A stretch of DNA of 64,000 nucleotides, taken from assembly GCA_017453305.1 (NCBI GenBank), contig JAFTKJ010000011.1:3729-67728 (forward strand), in the 5' to 3' direction. Below, one piece after another: positions 52,713 through 61,529 of the stretch; positions within the stretch are counted from its first letter, which is position 1, and each line of letters begins with the position of its first letter. The notes under the pieces are model-generated. The model was not told the origin of the DNA and searched no databases. It saw only the letters and a program-made list of their open reading frames with translations. Both the position numbers and the translations under genes were made by a program. Source of the DNA: Clostridia bacterium. GTDB lineage: Bacteria; Bacillota; Clostridia; Oscillospirales; CAG-272.

Positions 52713-53468
52713 TTACTCCTCCGAGTTCCTTTCTGCTGATACATACAATGTGATCTTCGTTCCCGCCATCACCACAGTTCCCGGGCGATGACTTTGGCGC
52801 ACCACGCTTCCTACGGGCGCGTCCGATACGATCTCTATGACTTCCCCCACGTTCAATTGGGAGAGCCAAAGCCGAATGAGGGCGTCACTGCGCGAAAGTC
52901 CGCAAAGATCGGGAACGGAAACGGTTTGCACCGGCTCTCCCGCACTGACCGTCAGAGTGACCTCGCTCCCCTTTTTGACTGCCGTTCCTTCGCTTGGCGT
53001 ACAGGACAGCACCCGTCCCACAGTGTGCGGAGATGGTTGCATGACCGTGTGAACGCTCAAGCCCTGCGCACGCAAGCTTGATAGTACCGTTCGCACGTCG
53101 GCGCCGATCACAGGCGGCAGAATGATCCGCTCCGCACCCAGGCTGACAACAAGACGGATCTCGCAGATCTCTTCTTCGCCTACCAGCTTGCGCCTGCTCC
53201 CCGCCGACGGGGTCTGCGAAAGAACCGTCCCCTCGGGGGCATGCTCGTCATAGCGGTATTCCACGCGCAGATCCATCCAAATCTCTTTTGCCAGCGCGTC
53301 CTCGCGCATGCCGCAAAAATCGGGAATTTCGACCGTGGAGGGTGTAGGTGCAAAGGGCATAAGCCATCGGTCAAGCAAGATCCACAGCGTTGCCAAAAGC
53401 AACACAGCCGCCACAATCGCACTCCGTCTCCACGCTTTTGTTTTTTGTTCTATTTGCTGTTTTTGCAT
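52713..53468 (-). CDS. Membrane-anchored triple-PASTA protein lacking a kinase domain (251 aa)
   Basis: A short cytoplasmic N-terminus, one TM helix (AIVAAVLLLATLWILL), then three PASTA-like units (VEIPDFCGM..., IILPPVIGAD..., VSVPDLCGLS...). AAAGGAGAAA lies upstream. Confidence 0.8.
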   Translation of the reverse strand: MQKQQIEQKTKAWRRSAIVAAVLLLATLWILLDRWLMPFAPTPSTVEIPDFCGMREDALAKEIWMDLRVEYRYDEHAPEGTVLSQTPSAGSRRKLVGEEEICEIRLVVSLGAERIILPPVIGADVRTVLSSLRAQGLSVHTVMQPSPHTVGRVLSCTPSEGTAVKKGSEVTLTVSAGEPVQTVSVPDLCGLSRSDALIRLWLSQLNVGEVIEIVSDAPVGSVVRQSHRPGTVVMAGTKITLYVSAERNSEE

Positions 53469-53513
53469 CCCGTTTCTCCTTTTTTGATATGTAGAAACGG
53501 CAACGCGGGGAAA

Positions 53514-54581
53514 TTACTTCTGCTTCATTGCGGCACGGCGTAACTGTCCGCAGGAGGCATTGATATCGGAGCCGAGCTTGCGGCGCACCGTTGCGCGAAT
53601 GCCCTTGGACTCCAAGGTCTTTGCAAAGGCGGCAACCGCCTCACGCCCCGAATGGCGAAAACCCGTTTCGGAGACCTCGTTGACGGGGATCAGATTGACG
53701 TGAATGGGCATGGTCTCGGTACGGGAGCGCAGATGCGCGTTGAGCACACGTGCAAGCTTTTGTGCATTTTCCACCGAGTCGTTTTTGCCCGCGATCAGCG
53801 TGTACTCAAAAGAGATCTTGCGACCCGTGCGCGCAAAATATGCACGGCAGGTATCCAACAGCTCGGCAACGCCGTAGCGGTTGTTGATGGGCATGATCGC
53901 CGAACGCGTCTCGTCGTCGGGCGCGTGGAGCGAAATGGAAAGCGTAATGGGAAGATCCTCCTCCATCAGCATTTTGATGCGATCGACCAATCCGCAGGTG
54001 GAAAGCGAGATGTGTCGGTAGCCGATATTCAGCCCCGCCTCGCAGTTGACCAGGTGCAAAAACTTGAGCACGTTGTCGTAATTGTCAAGCGGCTCACCGA
54101 TCCCCATCATCACGATGTTTGAAATGCGCTCACCGATCTCCTTTTGTGCGGAGATCACCTGCCCCAAAAGCTCGTCGGGTGTCAGGTCGCGCACGCGTCC
54201 CCCGATGGTGGAGGCACAGAACTTGCATCCCATGCGGCATCCAACCTGCGAGGAGATGCAGATCGTATTGCCGTGCTCGTATTTCATGACCACGCTCTCC
54301 ACACAGTTTCCGTCGGCAAGTCCAAACAGAAACTTAACCGTACCGTCGATTGCGGAGACCAGCTTTTGCTCCACCACGGGCAAATGCCACGAAAAGGATG
54401 CACGCAGCTTTTCCTGCAGTTTTTTGCCAAGGTTGGTCATCTCGTCCGGCGAAATGCCGCGATGCAATTGCGGAAAGATCTGCTTGGCGCGGTATTTTGC
54501 CTCACCCTCGGCAAGCATCCACGCCTCCAGCTCCTCTACCGTGAGGGAAAGCAGGGATGGCTTTTGAATTGTTTGCTCCAC
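53514..54581 (-). CDS. rlmN: 23S rRNA/tRNA A2503 methyltransferase (radical SAM)
   Basis: CRMGCKFCAST, GIGEP, and a C-terminal CGQL motif. Confidence 0.9.
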   Translation of the reverse strand: MEQTIQKPSLLSLTVEELEAWMLAEGEAKYRAKQIFPQLHRGISPDEMTNLGKKLQEKLRASFSWHLPVVEQKLVSAIDGTVKFLFGLADGNCVESVVMKYEHGNTICISSQVGCRMGCKFCASTIGGRVRDLTPDELLGQVISAQKEIGERISNIVMMGIGEPLDNYDNVLKFLHLVNCEAGLNIGYRHISLSTCGLVDRIKMLMEEDLPITLSISLHAPDDETRSAIMPINNRYGVAELLDTCRAYFARTGRKISFEYTLIAGKNDSVENAQKLARVLNAHLRSRTETMPIHVNLIPVNEVSETGFRHSGREAVAAFAKTLESKGIRATVRRKLGSDINASCGQLRRAAMKQK

Positions 54582-54640
54582 GTCGGTCTCCTTTCTTCAG
54601 TATGCCTCAAACGAGCAAAAAATATCATTCAAAATTAAAA

Positions 54641-55921
54641 TCATTGCACGCGCTCCAAAACGGCAAAGAAAAATCCATCCGTGCCGTCAAGATCCGGATA
54701 CAGCGTGCGCTGACGCAACAATTGGAATTCGGGATGCGCCTCCAAAAAGCGCGATACGTTCTCCTCGTTCTCCGACGGCAAAAGCGTGCAGGTGGAATAG
54801 ACCAGTCTGCCGCCCACGCGTACGTAGGACGAAGCGTTTTGTAAAATATCCGCCTGGATCTGCGGCAACGCGTCGCTCATACGGGGATCCTTGTAGCGAA
54901 GCTCCGGCTTTTTGGCAAAAACGCCAAAGCCCGAGCAAGGCACGTCGCACAGCACACGGTCAAAGGCGCATTTCCATTCCTCGCGTGCGTCGCGCGCGTC
55001 GCACTCTTCGATCCGCAAAATGGAGATCCCCAGCCGCTCCGCACCGCTTTGCACCAAGGAAAGCTTGTTGCGATGCAGATCGCAGGAGAAAACCGTGCCG
55101 TCGTTTTCCATCTCGATGGCAATACCAAAGGATTTTGAACCTGGACACGCACAGGTATCCATCACCGTCATGCCCTTTTGTGCCTCCAGCGCCTCCACGC
55201 AAAGCTGAGACGCCTCGTCCTGCACAAAGAATAGTCCCTCGTCAAAGCCGTAAAGAGCAGGCACGGGAAGCTTATCCCATACGTGCACGCCCGAGTGACT
55301 TTCGGCGCATGCCTCGGCGCGTATCCCTGCCTGCTTCAGCGCCTCCAAGAACGCCTCGCGCGAGATGCGCAGAGTGTTGACGCGCAGGGTCAAGGGAGGT
55401 TGGCGGTCAAACGCCGCAAGCAGCTCCTCGGTACGTGTCATGCCAAATGCGGCAACAAAGCGTTCGCACAAGGGCGCGCCAAAGGAATACCGTACGGAAA
55501 GATAACCGATAGGATCCGACTCCCGATCCGGAACGGGAATGCGTTTCCCTGCCCGTACAAAGGCGCGCAGAAGTGCGTTGACAAAGCCCTTTGCGCGCTT
55601 GGGGGCGGCGTTGACCGCCTCGTTGACCGCGGCGTGGTCGGGAATACGGTCCAGATACAGCAACTGATAAATGCCCATACGCAAAAGATTGCGTACCTCC
55701 GGCAAAATATCCCCCGGCTTTCCGCGTGTCATGGAATCAATGCAAGCGTCCAGGGTGATCTGTTTTTCGATCACGCCGTAGACCAGCGTGGTCAACAGAC
55801 CTCTGTCTGCCTCGGTCAGCTCCGCACGCTTGATCGCGGTATCCAACGCGAGATTGGAATATTGATCGGCAGAGGCGCACTTGTTCAGCACATCCCACGC
55901 AATTTTTCTCGGGTCACTCAT
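54641..55921 (-). CDS. rsmB: 16S rRNA m5C967 methyltransferase
   Basis: NusB-like N-terminus. DTCACPGSKS, DRVLCDVPCSGFGV and YSTCTL motifs. Confidence 0.9.
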   Translation of the reverse strand: MSDPRKIAWDVLNKCASADQYSNLALDTAIKRAELTEADRGLLTTLVYGVIEKQITLDACIDSMTRGKPGDILPEVRNLLRMGIYQLLYLDRIPDHAAVNEAVNAAPKRAKGFVNALLRAFVRAGKRIPVPDRESDPIGYLSVRYSFGAPLCERFVAAFGMTRTEELLAAFDRQPPLTLRVNTLRISREAFLEALKQAGIRAEACAESHSGVHVWDKLPVPALYGFDEGLFFVQDEASQLCVEALEAQKGMTVMDTCACPGSKSFGIAIEMENDGTVFSCDLHRNKLSLVQSGAERLGISILRIEECDARDAREEWKCAFDRVLCDVPCSGFGVFAKKPELRYKDPRMSDALPQIQADILQNASSYVRVGGRLVYSTCTLLPSENEENVSRFLEAHPEFQLLRQRTLYPDLDGTDGFFFAVLERVQ

Positions 55922-55949
55922 GCGCGAGCTCCTTTCTTATGGTTTAATA

Positions 55950-56789
55950 TCAGTATTTGCAAAAGAATGCACGCTCCAGATTAGAGGTGTTGGGGCTGTG
56001 CAGGGAGATCATTCTCTCTCCCTCCAAGGTTTCAAACAGCATGGCGTGTCCGCCGTCAAAACCAAATCGGCTTCCGTAATGCTCCCACCGATCGGCAATA
56101 CCGCCCGAGCTGACTGCTTCCAGAACAAGGTAACGCCCCTCGGAAAAGCTGGACCAGATCATTTTCAACTGTCCGTCCTCACAAAACAAGAACGGCCCGT
56201 CGGTCACGTAAAGACCGCTCCCCTCGTGTCGGATCTCGCCGACGGCGGGATTATCCGATGCGCGAAAGAGCAAAAACGGCTCACCCACCGCGTGCGTCAA
56301 GTCGTCCGAGAGTCTGCAAGCACAGATCTCGCCGTTTCCCACCTGCGTCCATTCGTGTGAAAAGACGATGTAAGGCACGCCGTTCTCCACGTAAAACGTA
56401 CCGTCCAGACACTCCCAATCGGCAGGCGTTGCCGCGCGATCCGATACGGGAACATAAGTGCCGTCTGGGATATCGCAAACGAAGATCTGCGTGCCGCGGT
56501 GAACGGTATCGGATTTACAGCTTCCGAACAAATAATATTTTCCCTTCCACTCGTGTACCTCGGGTGCCCAATAGTCATACGCACCCCAAAAATCGGAGGA
56601 TCTTCCGTCAAACACGACCTTCGGTTCTTCAAAGCTCTCCAGGTCTGTGCTTTTGTAAACCGAGTAGGAGTTGCGCGCGGCAATACTACCGGTCTCCAAA
56701 GCGGTCGTTCCAAACATATAATAACATCCGTTTTTGCGATCGGTCAGAACAAACGGATCGCGGATACGGATATCCTGGCGCTTGATCAT
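55950..56789 (-). CDS. Glycoside hydrolase family 43 (five-bladed propeller), cytoplasmic
   Basis: IRDPFVL, WAPEVHEWKGKYYLFGS, LDGTFYVENG and VTDGPFLF motifs. Start at MIKRQDIRIRDP (56789), with an ATGA overlap onto the upstream gene. Confidence 0.8.
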   Translation of the reverse strand: MIKRQDIRIRDPFVLTDRKNGCYYMFGTTALETGSIAARNSYSVYKSTDLESFEEPKVVFDGRSSDFWGAYDYWAPEVHEWKGKYYLFGSCKSDTVHRGTQIFVCDIPDGTYVPVSDRAATPADWECLDGTFYVENGVPYIVFSHEWTQVGNGEICACRLSDDLTHAVGEPFLLFRASDNPAVGEIRHEGSGLYVTDGPFLFCEDGQLKMIWSSFSEGRYLVLEAVSSGGIADRWEHYGSRFGFDGGHAMLFETLEGERMISLHSPNTSNLERAFFCKY

Positions 56790-57778
56790 TTTACAATCTC
56801 CTTCAAACGAGAAACCAAATGCTCCGCTACCGTGCGGTGTCCGTCGCGCAAAGGATGCAACGGCTCTACGGGGATCCATCCGTTGGAATCGATATAGTGC
56901 ACGTGCGAACCATTCTCTTCGTTGTAGCGTGCGATCATTTCACCAAGCTGCTCGTGAAATGCACCGCAAAAGGCGGAAAGCGAAATGATAGTGGAATTCG
57001 GGTTGTGCGCGCGGATAACATCCAACAGCTCTGCGTACTTTTCCAGATAGCGCTCCACGCCGTTTGCACGGTCGTTTGCGCCGTGGTTGATCAGAATATA
57101 ATCGGCGTTTTTATGGGTAATGGGAGAATTGTCATAGTTGTAAAGATAGGACTTGGGAGCCTCGGGCACGTTGCCGCATCCCGCGCGCGTCACGCCCACG
57201 GCGCCGTATCCCATAAAGATGGGACGCAGATCCAGTGCCTCGGCGGTGAGCCATGCGTAGGTTGCGCATACGTCGTCCTGATAACAGCGCATTACGGCAT
57301 CGATGTAGGTGCTTTGCGCTTCGTTCCCCGAATGGAAGTCCGCATCGATCAAAACACCCTCCGTAATGGAATCCCCCACAAACTCGATCGTCTTGCGAGT
57401 ATCGTCGGGGATCTTGATCGGCTGCTCTGTCTGCACACCGATAAAAGATACCTTTGCCGTCAGGGGCTGATACCAGCGTCTGTCAAGCTCGGTGCCGCCC
57501 TTGTAAATAATGCGGCAGATATGCTCGCCCTCCTCCTTTGCGATTACACGGATATAGGAATCCACGGGAGTCTCGATCATGGCACCGCCGTCCAATTGTA
57601 CCCAAAGATGCAGGCGCGGCTCCGCGTTGGAAATGACGTCAAACTTTGCAAGTGCCATTTTCCCGGCAAAAGCAAACTCCACGTATGCACCCGTGGTGGT
57701 TGCCGTCGCGCAGTACGGCGTGCTTGTATCCCAGCGCCCCGTCAGACGGACGCTCTCGTGCGTGTAAGGAACGTTCAT
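56786..57778 (-). CDS. SGNH/GDSL hydrolase with an N-terminal beta-sandwich domain (carbohydrate-esterase-like)
   Basis: Block I FVGDSITEG and block III LINHGANDR. The N-terminal ~140 aa are beta-rich. Start at MNVPYTHES behind GGAGGATGA. Confidence 0.75.
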   Translation of the reverse strand: MNVPYTHESVRLTGRWDTSTPYCATATTTGAYVEFAFAGKMALAKFDVISNAEPRLHLWVQLDGGAMIETPVDSYIRVIAKEEGEHICRIIYKGGTELDRRWYQPLTAKVSFIGVQTEQPIKIPDDTRKTIEFVGDSITEGVLIDADFHSGNEAQSTYIDAVMRCYQDDVCATYAWLTAEALDLRPIFMGYGAVGVTRAGCGNVPEAPKSYLYNYDNSPITHKNADYILINHGANDRANGVERYLEKYAELLDVIRAHNPNSTIISLSAFCGAFHEQLGEMIARYNEENGSHVHYIDSNGWIPVEPLHPLRDGHRTVAEHLVSRLKEIVK

Positions 57779-57798
57779 TATTTCATCCTCCAAAAAAG

Positions 57799-58509
57799 TC
57801 AATCTTCTTTTTGTTTTGTCAGTGCGACAACGTCCGCGTTTGTCATCTTGTAAGGAACCCATTCAGACTCATCGTCGTAAAGACAAAGCGTACCGTATGC
57901 GTGCTCCTCGTAGTTGATGTCCTGCGTGTAATATACGTCGGCAAAGACGTACAGCATATCCTCGGTGATCTCAACGTTATCAAATACGTAGCGGTAGTAG
58001 GTGTAAAGCGCGGTGGTATCACGATGGTAGTCGGAGGCGACGTAGCGATCCATTTTCAGCTGCGACACCTCTGCGTTATCTTCGCGGTTTTCGGGAGTGA
58101 GATCCGTGGTGGTCACAAGGCTGACCTCAAACAAATGCTCGTCCTTGGACGGGACGTCGGAAAGCCCGTAATCCTCGGCAAGATGCTGAATGGTGCTGTT
58201 GTTATAACGAAAAACCAATTGCACCTGCTTTGCTTGCGGGATAAAGACGTACTGCGTGACCGAAAAATAGCCGCGATTGTGCTCTGCCAGAGTGATGGAA
58301 TCCTGATACTGATATTGCAGGATCAACTCGTCACCATACTCCTCGTACGCCTCCAGAAGTGCCGCGTTGGACTTGAGGGATTTGACAGAATCCGGATCCC
58401 CCGAGGAGAAAAGTCTCCAAACAAGAATACCGCAAACGCCAAAAAGCAGAGCGGTAAAAATCGATTTTACCACCCGTCCTACAATGCGGACGGTACGGGT
58501 ATTTGCCAT
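57799..58509 (-). CDS. N-terminally membrane-anchored protein of unknown function (236 aa)
   Basis: TM helix IFTALLFGVCGILVWRLF. The remainder is Tyr/Asp-rich. It is tightly packed between pdxK and the esterase gene. Confidence 0.55.
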   Translation of the reverse strand: MANTRTVRIVGRVVKSIFTALLFGVCGILVWRLFSSGDPDSVKSLKSNAALLEAYEEYGDELILQYQYQDSITLAEHNRGYFSVTQYVFIPQAKQVQLVFRYNNSTIQHLAEDYGLSDVPSKDEHLFEVSLVTTTDLTPENREDNAEVSQLKMDRYVASDYHRDTTALYTYYRYVFDNVEITEDMLYVFADVYYTQDINYEEHAYGTLCLYDDESEWVPYKMTNADVVALTKQKED

Positions 58510-58510
58510 A

Positions 58511-59416
58511 TTATTTCTCCTTTCGATCCTTCAAAAGCTGATACAAGTAAGGCTCCAACGCAACACCCATGCGCGTTGGGGTATCGATCTTTGCGGACTC
58601 GCAAATCAAAAGCGCTACAAAATCCGCGGCTTTTGCGCAAGCGTCTGCAAAGCGCTCTCCGTCGAGAAGTGCGCCAAGCAGGACCGAGGCAAAGATATCT
58701 CCCGTTCCCGGGTAGGATGTATTCTGACACGGGCGACGCACCCAAAACACTTCTCCGTCGGTGTCTCTTCCTGCGTTGGCAACGTCACCGTTGCAAAGCG
58801 AAATTCCCGTAATGACGATCCTTCCTTGACACAGCGTACAAAGCGCATCCAGAAGAGAAAGCACGTATGCCTCGGTCTCTTGCTCGGGAAGCGTTGCGGT
58901 ATTCCGATACGGAATGCCCGTCAAAAAGCATGCCTCCGTCAGGTTTGGCGTCAGCACCTGAGCGTGAGTGCTTAGTTCGCGAATGCCGTCCGCAAGCTCT
59001 GTCGTATAGGTGGAATACAATACACCGTCGTCCCCCATAACGGGGTCGATCAAAATCAGCGGTGGCTTTCCCGTTTCGTCGGGACGATCGCCGAAATGCC
59101 CGATCAATCGCTTGACCGAAGAGATCTGCTCCGCACTTCCCAAAAAGCCCGTGTAGATGGCACCAAAGGTCAATCCCAACCGTTCAAAATGATCGGCAAT
59201 GAGATCCATGTCCTCGGTCAGATCGCGAAAATGCAGACCCGTAAAGCCCCCCGTATGGCTGGAAAGCAGGGCGGTAGGAACGGGTACCGTTTGATACCCC
59301 ATGACCGAAAGCGTGGGAATGACCACCGTCAGGGCACATCTGCCCACACAGGAAAAATCATGGATGGCGGCAATGCGCCGCGGAGGTAAATATTGCTTCA
59401 TGCGTTTTTGTTTCAC
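58511..59416 (-). CDS. pdxK: Pyridoxal/pyridoxine/pyridoxamine kinase
   Basis: N-terminus IAAIHDFSCVGRCALTVVIPTLSVMG and C-terminal GTGDIFASVLLG (ribokinase-fold anion hole). Confidence 0.8.
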   Translation of the reverse strand: MKQKRMKQYLPPRRIAAIHDFSCVGRCALTVVIPTLSVMGYQTVPVPTALLSSHTGGFTGLHFRDLTEDMDLIADHFERLGLTFGAIYTGFLGSAEQISSVKRLIGHFGDRPDETGKPPLILIDPVMGDDGVLYSTYTTELADGIRELSTHAQVLTPNLTEACFLTGIPYRNTATLPEQETEAYVLSLLDALCTLCQGRIVITGISLCNGDVANAGRDTDGEVFWVRRPCQNTSYPGTGDIFASVLLGALLDGERFADACAKAADFVALLICESAKIDTPTRMGVALEPYLYQLLKDRKEK

Positions 59417-59444
59417 CTCAAAGAAAAAACTTATCGTAAACGGC

Positions 59445-61043
59445 TTACGCCTTTTTCAATGCGTATGCAATGCGCTGGTAATCGTTGGTGAGCACGGTGT
59501 CCACACCCATATCCAGCATTTTTTGCGCCTGCGCGGCATCGTCGCAATAAAAATAGTTGCAACGAATACCGTTTTCGTGCGCCTTGTCGATCATCTCTTG
59601 GCTGTAGCCGTCCATAAAGAGCTGGACTTTTTTGCAGCCGTAGCGAATGGCTCTATCCACAATGCCAAAGCGATCGTCTCCCGCACCGCAGCAGCGAATG
59701 ATATCGGGATAGCGCTCCTGCGCCAGGCGCAGGAAATGATCGTTGCCGCACATAAAGTAAACGTGCTTGCGGCAATCGTATTTGTCGATCAGCGCCACGA
59801 TCTTGTCAAGCAATACAGGATCATATTCGCACGCATTGCCACGTGTTTTGATGTGGATATTCATAATGCAATGGCATGCGAATTTTTGCAGGATCTGCTC
59901 AAATTTCAAAATTTTCAGTCCCTTGAATTCCTCCCCGAATTTGACACCAAAGTCAAATTGGAGCAATTCCTCGTAGGTATAGTCAAATACGTGCCCCGTT
60001 CCGTTGGAAACGCGATCCAGGCGATCGTCGTGAATGGAAACGATCTCACCGTCCTTGGTGTACCAAAGGTCAAACTCGATCTCCTCGGCACCGAGCGCAA
60101 TTGCCGCACCGAACGCCGCCATGCTGTTTTCGGGCGCAACCGTGTTAAAGCCTCGGTGCGCGCAGATGCGGGGATAAGGCATATGATCGTCGGGCTCGAC
60201 GATGGCACTGCCTGCGGGGCGGTATTTCCAAGGGCGTCTGCCCTTTTCGATGTATTCGTAGTGCGCGGAAAGCGGATTTCCAAAGCCTGCGGGCTTGTAG
60301 TATTTTTCGTGCGGATCAAACTCCACACATTCCATTCCTACGCGACTGCCCATGTTGATCAGCACGTCGCCGCGAGGGCTGACGATCATGGAAGCGCCGC
60401 CGATATCCGAGTGCTCGTCCATGCTGACCGACGCACGCACCACGTAGGCATTGGTATTGTAGGCGCAGAATTTGCTCATAGTCTCCAGCGCCGAATGCAG
60501 GTCGCTGCGCTGATGCGAGCAACCGATGATCACGTCCACGTTCTTGCGCGCGATACGTGCAAAGTTTTCGTAAAAATAAAAATCGTAGCAGGTCAAAAAG
60601 CCATAGCGTACACCGTCGATCTCAATGACCGTAGGCTCCCCCGATTGGTAGGTGTAGCTTGCATCCTTTGCCATTTTGAATTCCTCACCCGCGGTCAGAT
60701 GCTCCTTGTCGTAGTACCCAACGACCTCGCCCATGCGATTGATGGCATAGGTGGCGTTGCGAAGCCCCGTGGACGTTTCTCTTGCCATGTTGATAAAGAG
60801 CACTGCGTCACAGCGTTTTGCCGTTTCGCACGCCTTTTTCAAAAGCGGAGGACAGTATTTGAAATGGGATGCCTCAAACTGCTCGCGCGTGTGCGCCAAG
60901 GCAGGCGTATCGCAGGACTCGGGCAGGACGATGAGATCCATGCTCGCATCGCAGGCGTCCATCGCGTCCATTTCCCATTGGAAGAGCGCATCCGACTCAG
61001 AAAAGTCGGTGGAATAATGCGGTTGAATGATACAAGCCTTCAT
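59445..61043 (-). CDS. Carbon-nitrogen hydrolase (nitrilase superfamily) fused to a glycerophosphodiester phosphodiesterase domain (532 aa)
   Basis: CN-hydrolase E-K-C contexts (LIVLPES, YYDKEHL, GFLTCYDFYF). GDPD part ICAHRGFNTVAPENSMAAF...EIEFDLWYTKDGEIVSIHD at about nt 59445..60176. Confidence 0.8.
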   Translation of the reverse strand: MKACIIQPHYSTDFSESDALFQWEMDAMDACDASMDLIVLPESCDTPALAHTREQFEASHFKYCPPLLKKACETAKRCDAVLFINMARETSTGLRNATYAINRMGEVVGYYDKEHLTAGEEFKMAKDASYTYQSGEPTVIEIDGVRYGFLTCYDFYFYENFARIARKNVDVIIGCSHQRSDLHSALETMSKFCAYNTNAYVVRASVSMDEHSDIGGASMIVSPRGDVLINMGSRVGMECVEFDPHEKYYKPAGFGNPLSAHYEYIEKGRRPWKYRPAGSAIVEPDDHMPYPRICAHRGFNTVAPENSMAAFGAAIALGAEEIEFDLWYTKDGEIVSIHDDRLDRVSNGTGHVFDYTYEELLQFDFGVKFGEEFKGLKILKFEQILQKFACHCIMNIHIKTRGNACEYDPVLLDKIVALIDKYDCRKHVYFMCGNDHFLRLAQERYPDIIRCCGAGDDRFGIVDRAIRYGCKKVQLFMDGYSQEMIDKAHENGIRCNYFYCDDAAQAQKMLDMGVDTVLTNDYQRIAYALKKA

Positions 61044-61055
61044 GTTTTTCTCCTT

Positions 61056-61514
61056 TTAGTTTTTCAGCCTGTCAAGTGCGTTTTGCAGAATGATCTGCGC
61101 CGAAAGAGTATCGATCACGCCCTTGCGCTTTTGTCCCCTCGTGTTGGTTTCGTTGAGATAGCGCGAGGCACTCATAGTGGTCATGCGCTCGTCCATCATA
61201 GCAACGGGAATACCGGAAAGGCGCACGCGCAAAAGCTCGGCGAACTCGCGACAACGGTCGGCGCGAAAGCCCTCGGAGCCGTCCATATTTTTGGGGAGTC
61301 CCACCACAATAGCGCTCACTCCTTGCTCGCGTGCGACCTCGGCGACCTTGTCGGCAGTCTTTTCAATGCCACCCGGGCTGACGTAGCCGATGCCGGACGC
61401 CAGAAAGCGGCTCTTGTCCGATACGGCAAGTCCGGTTCTCGTATCCCCAAAGTCAACGCCGAGCACGCGCCCCGTGGTCTGCTTTAAGTCAAGAATGGTC
61501 GTTTGTTCCGACAT
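61056..61514 (-). CDS. ruvX: YqgF/RuvX putative pre-16S rRNA nuclease
   Basis: LGVDFGDTRTGLAVSD and SAIVVGLPKNMDGSEG motifs. Confidence 0.9.
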   Translation of the reverse strand: MSEQTTILDLKQTTGRVLGVDFGDTRTGLAVSDKSRFLASGIGYVSPGGIEKTADKVAEVAREQGVSAIVVGLPKNMDGSEGFRADRCREFAELLRVRLSGIPVAMMDERMTTMSASRYLNETNTRGQKRKGVIDTLSAQIILQNALDRLKN

Positions 61515-61529
61515 AAACGCTCGCTCCTC

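Noticed and set aside
53469-53513. A hairpin (CCGTTTCT ... AGAAACGG) between rlmN and the PASTA gene that partly overlaps the PASTA gene SD.
   Set aside because: The stem is only 8 bp with a 15-nt loop and no T-run. It is plausibly fortuitous and insufficient to call an attenuator.
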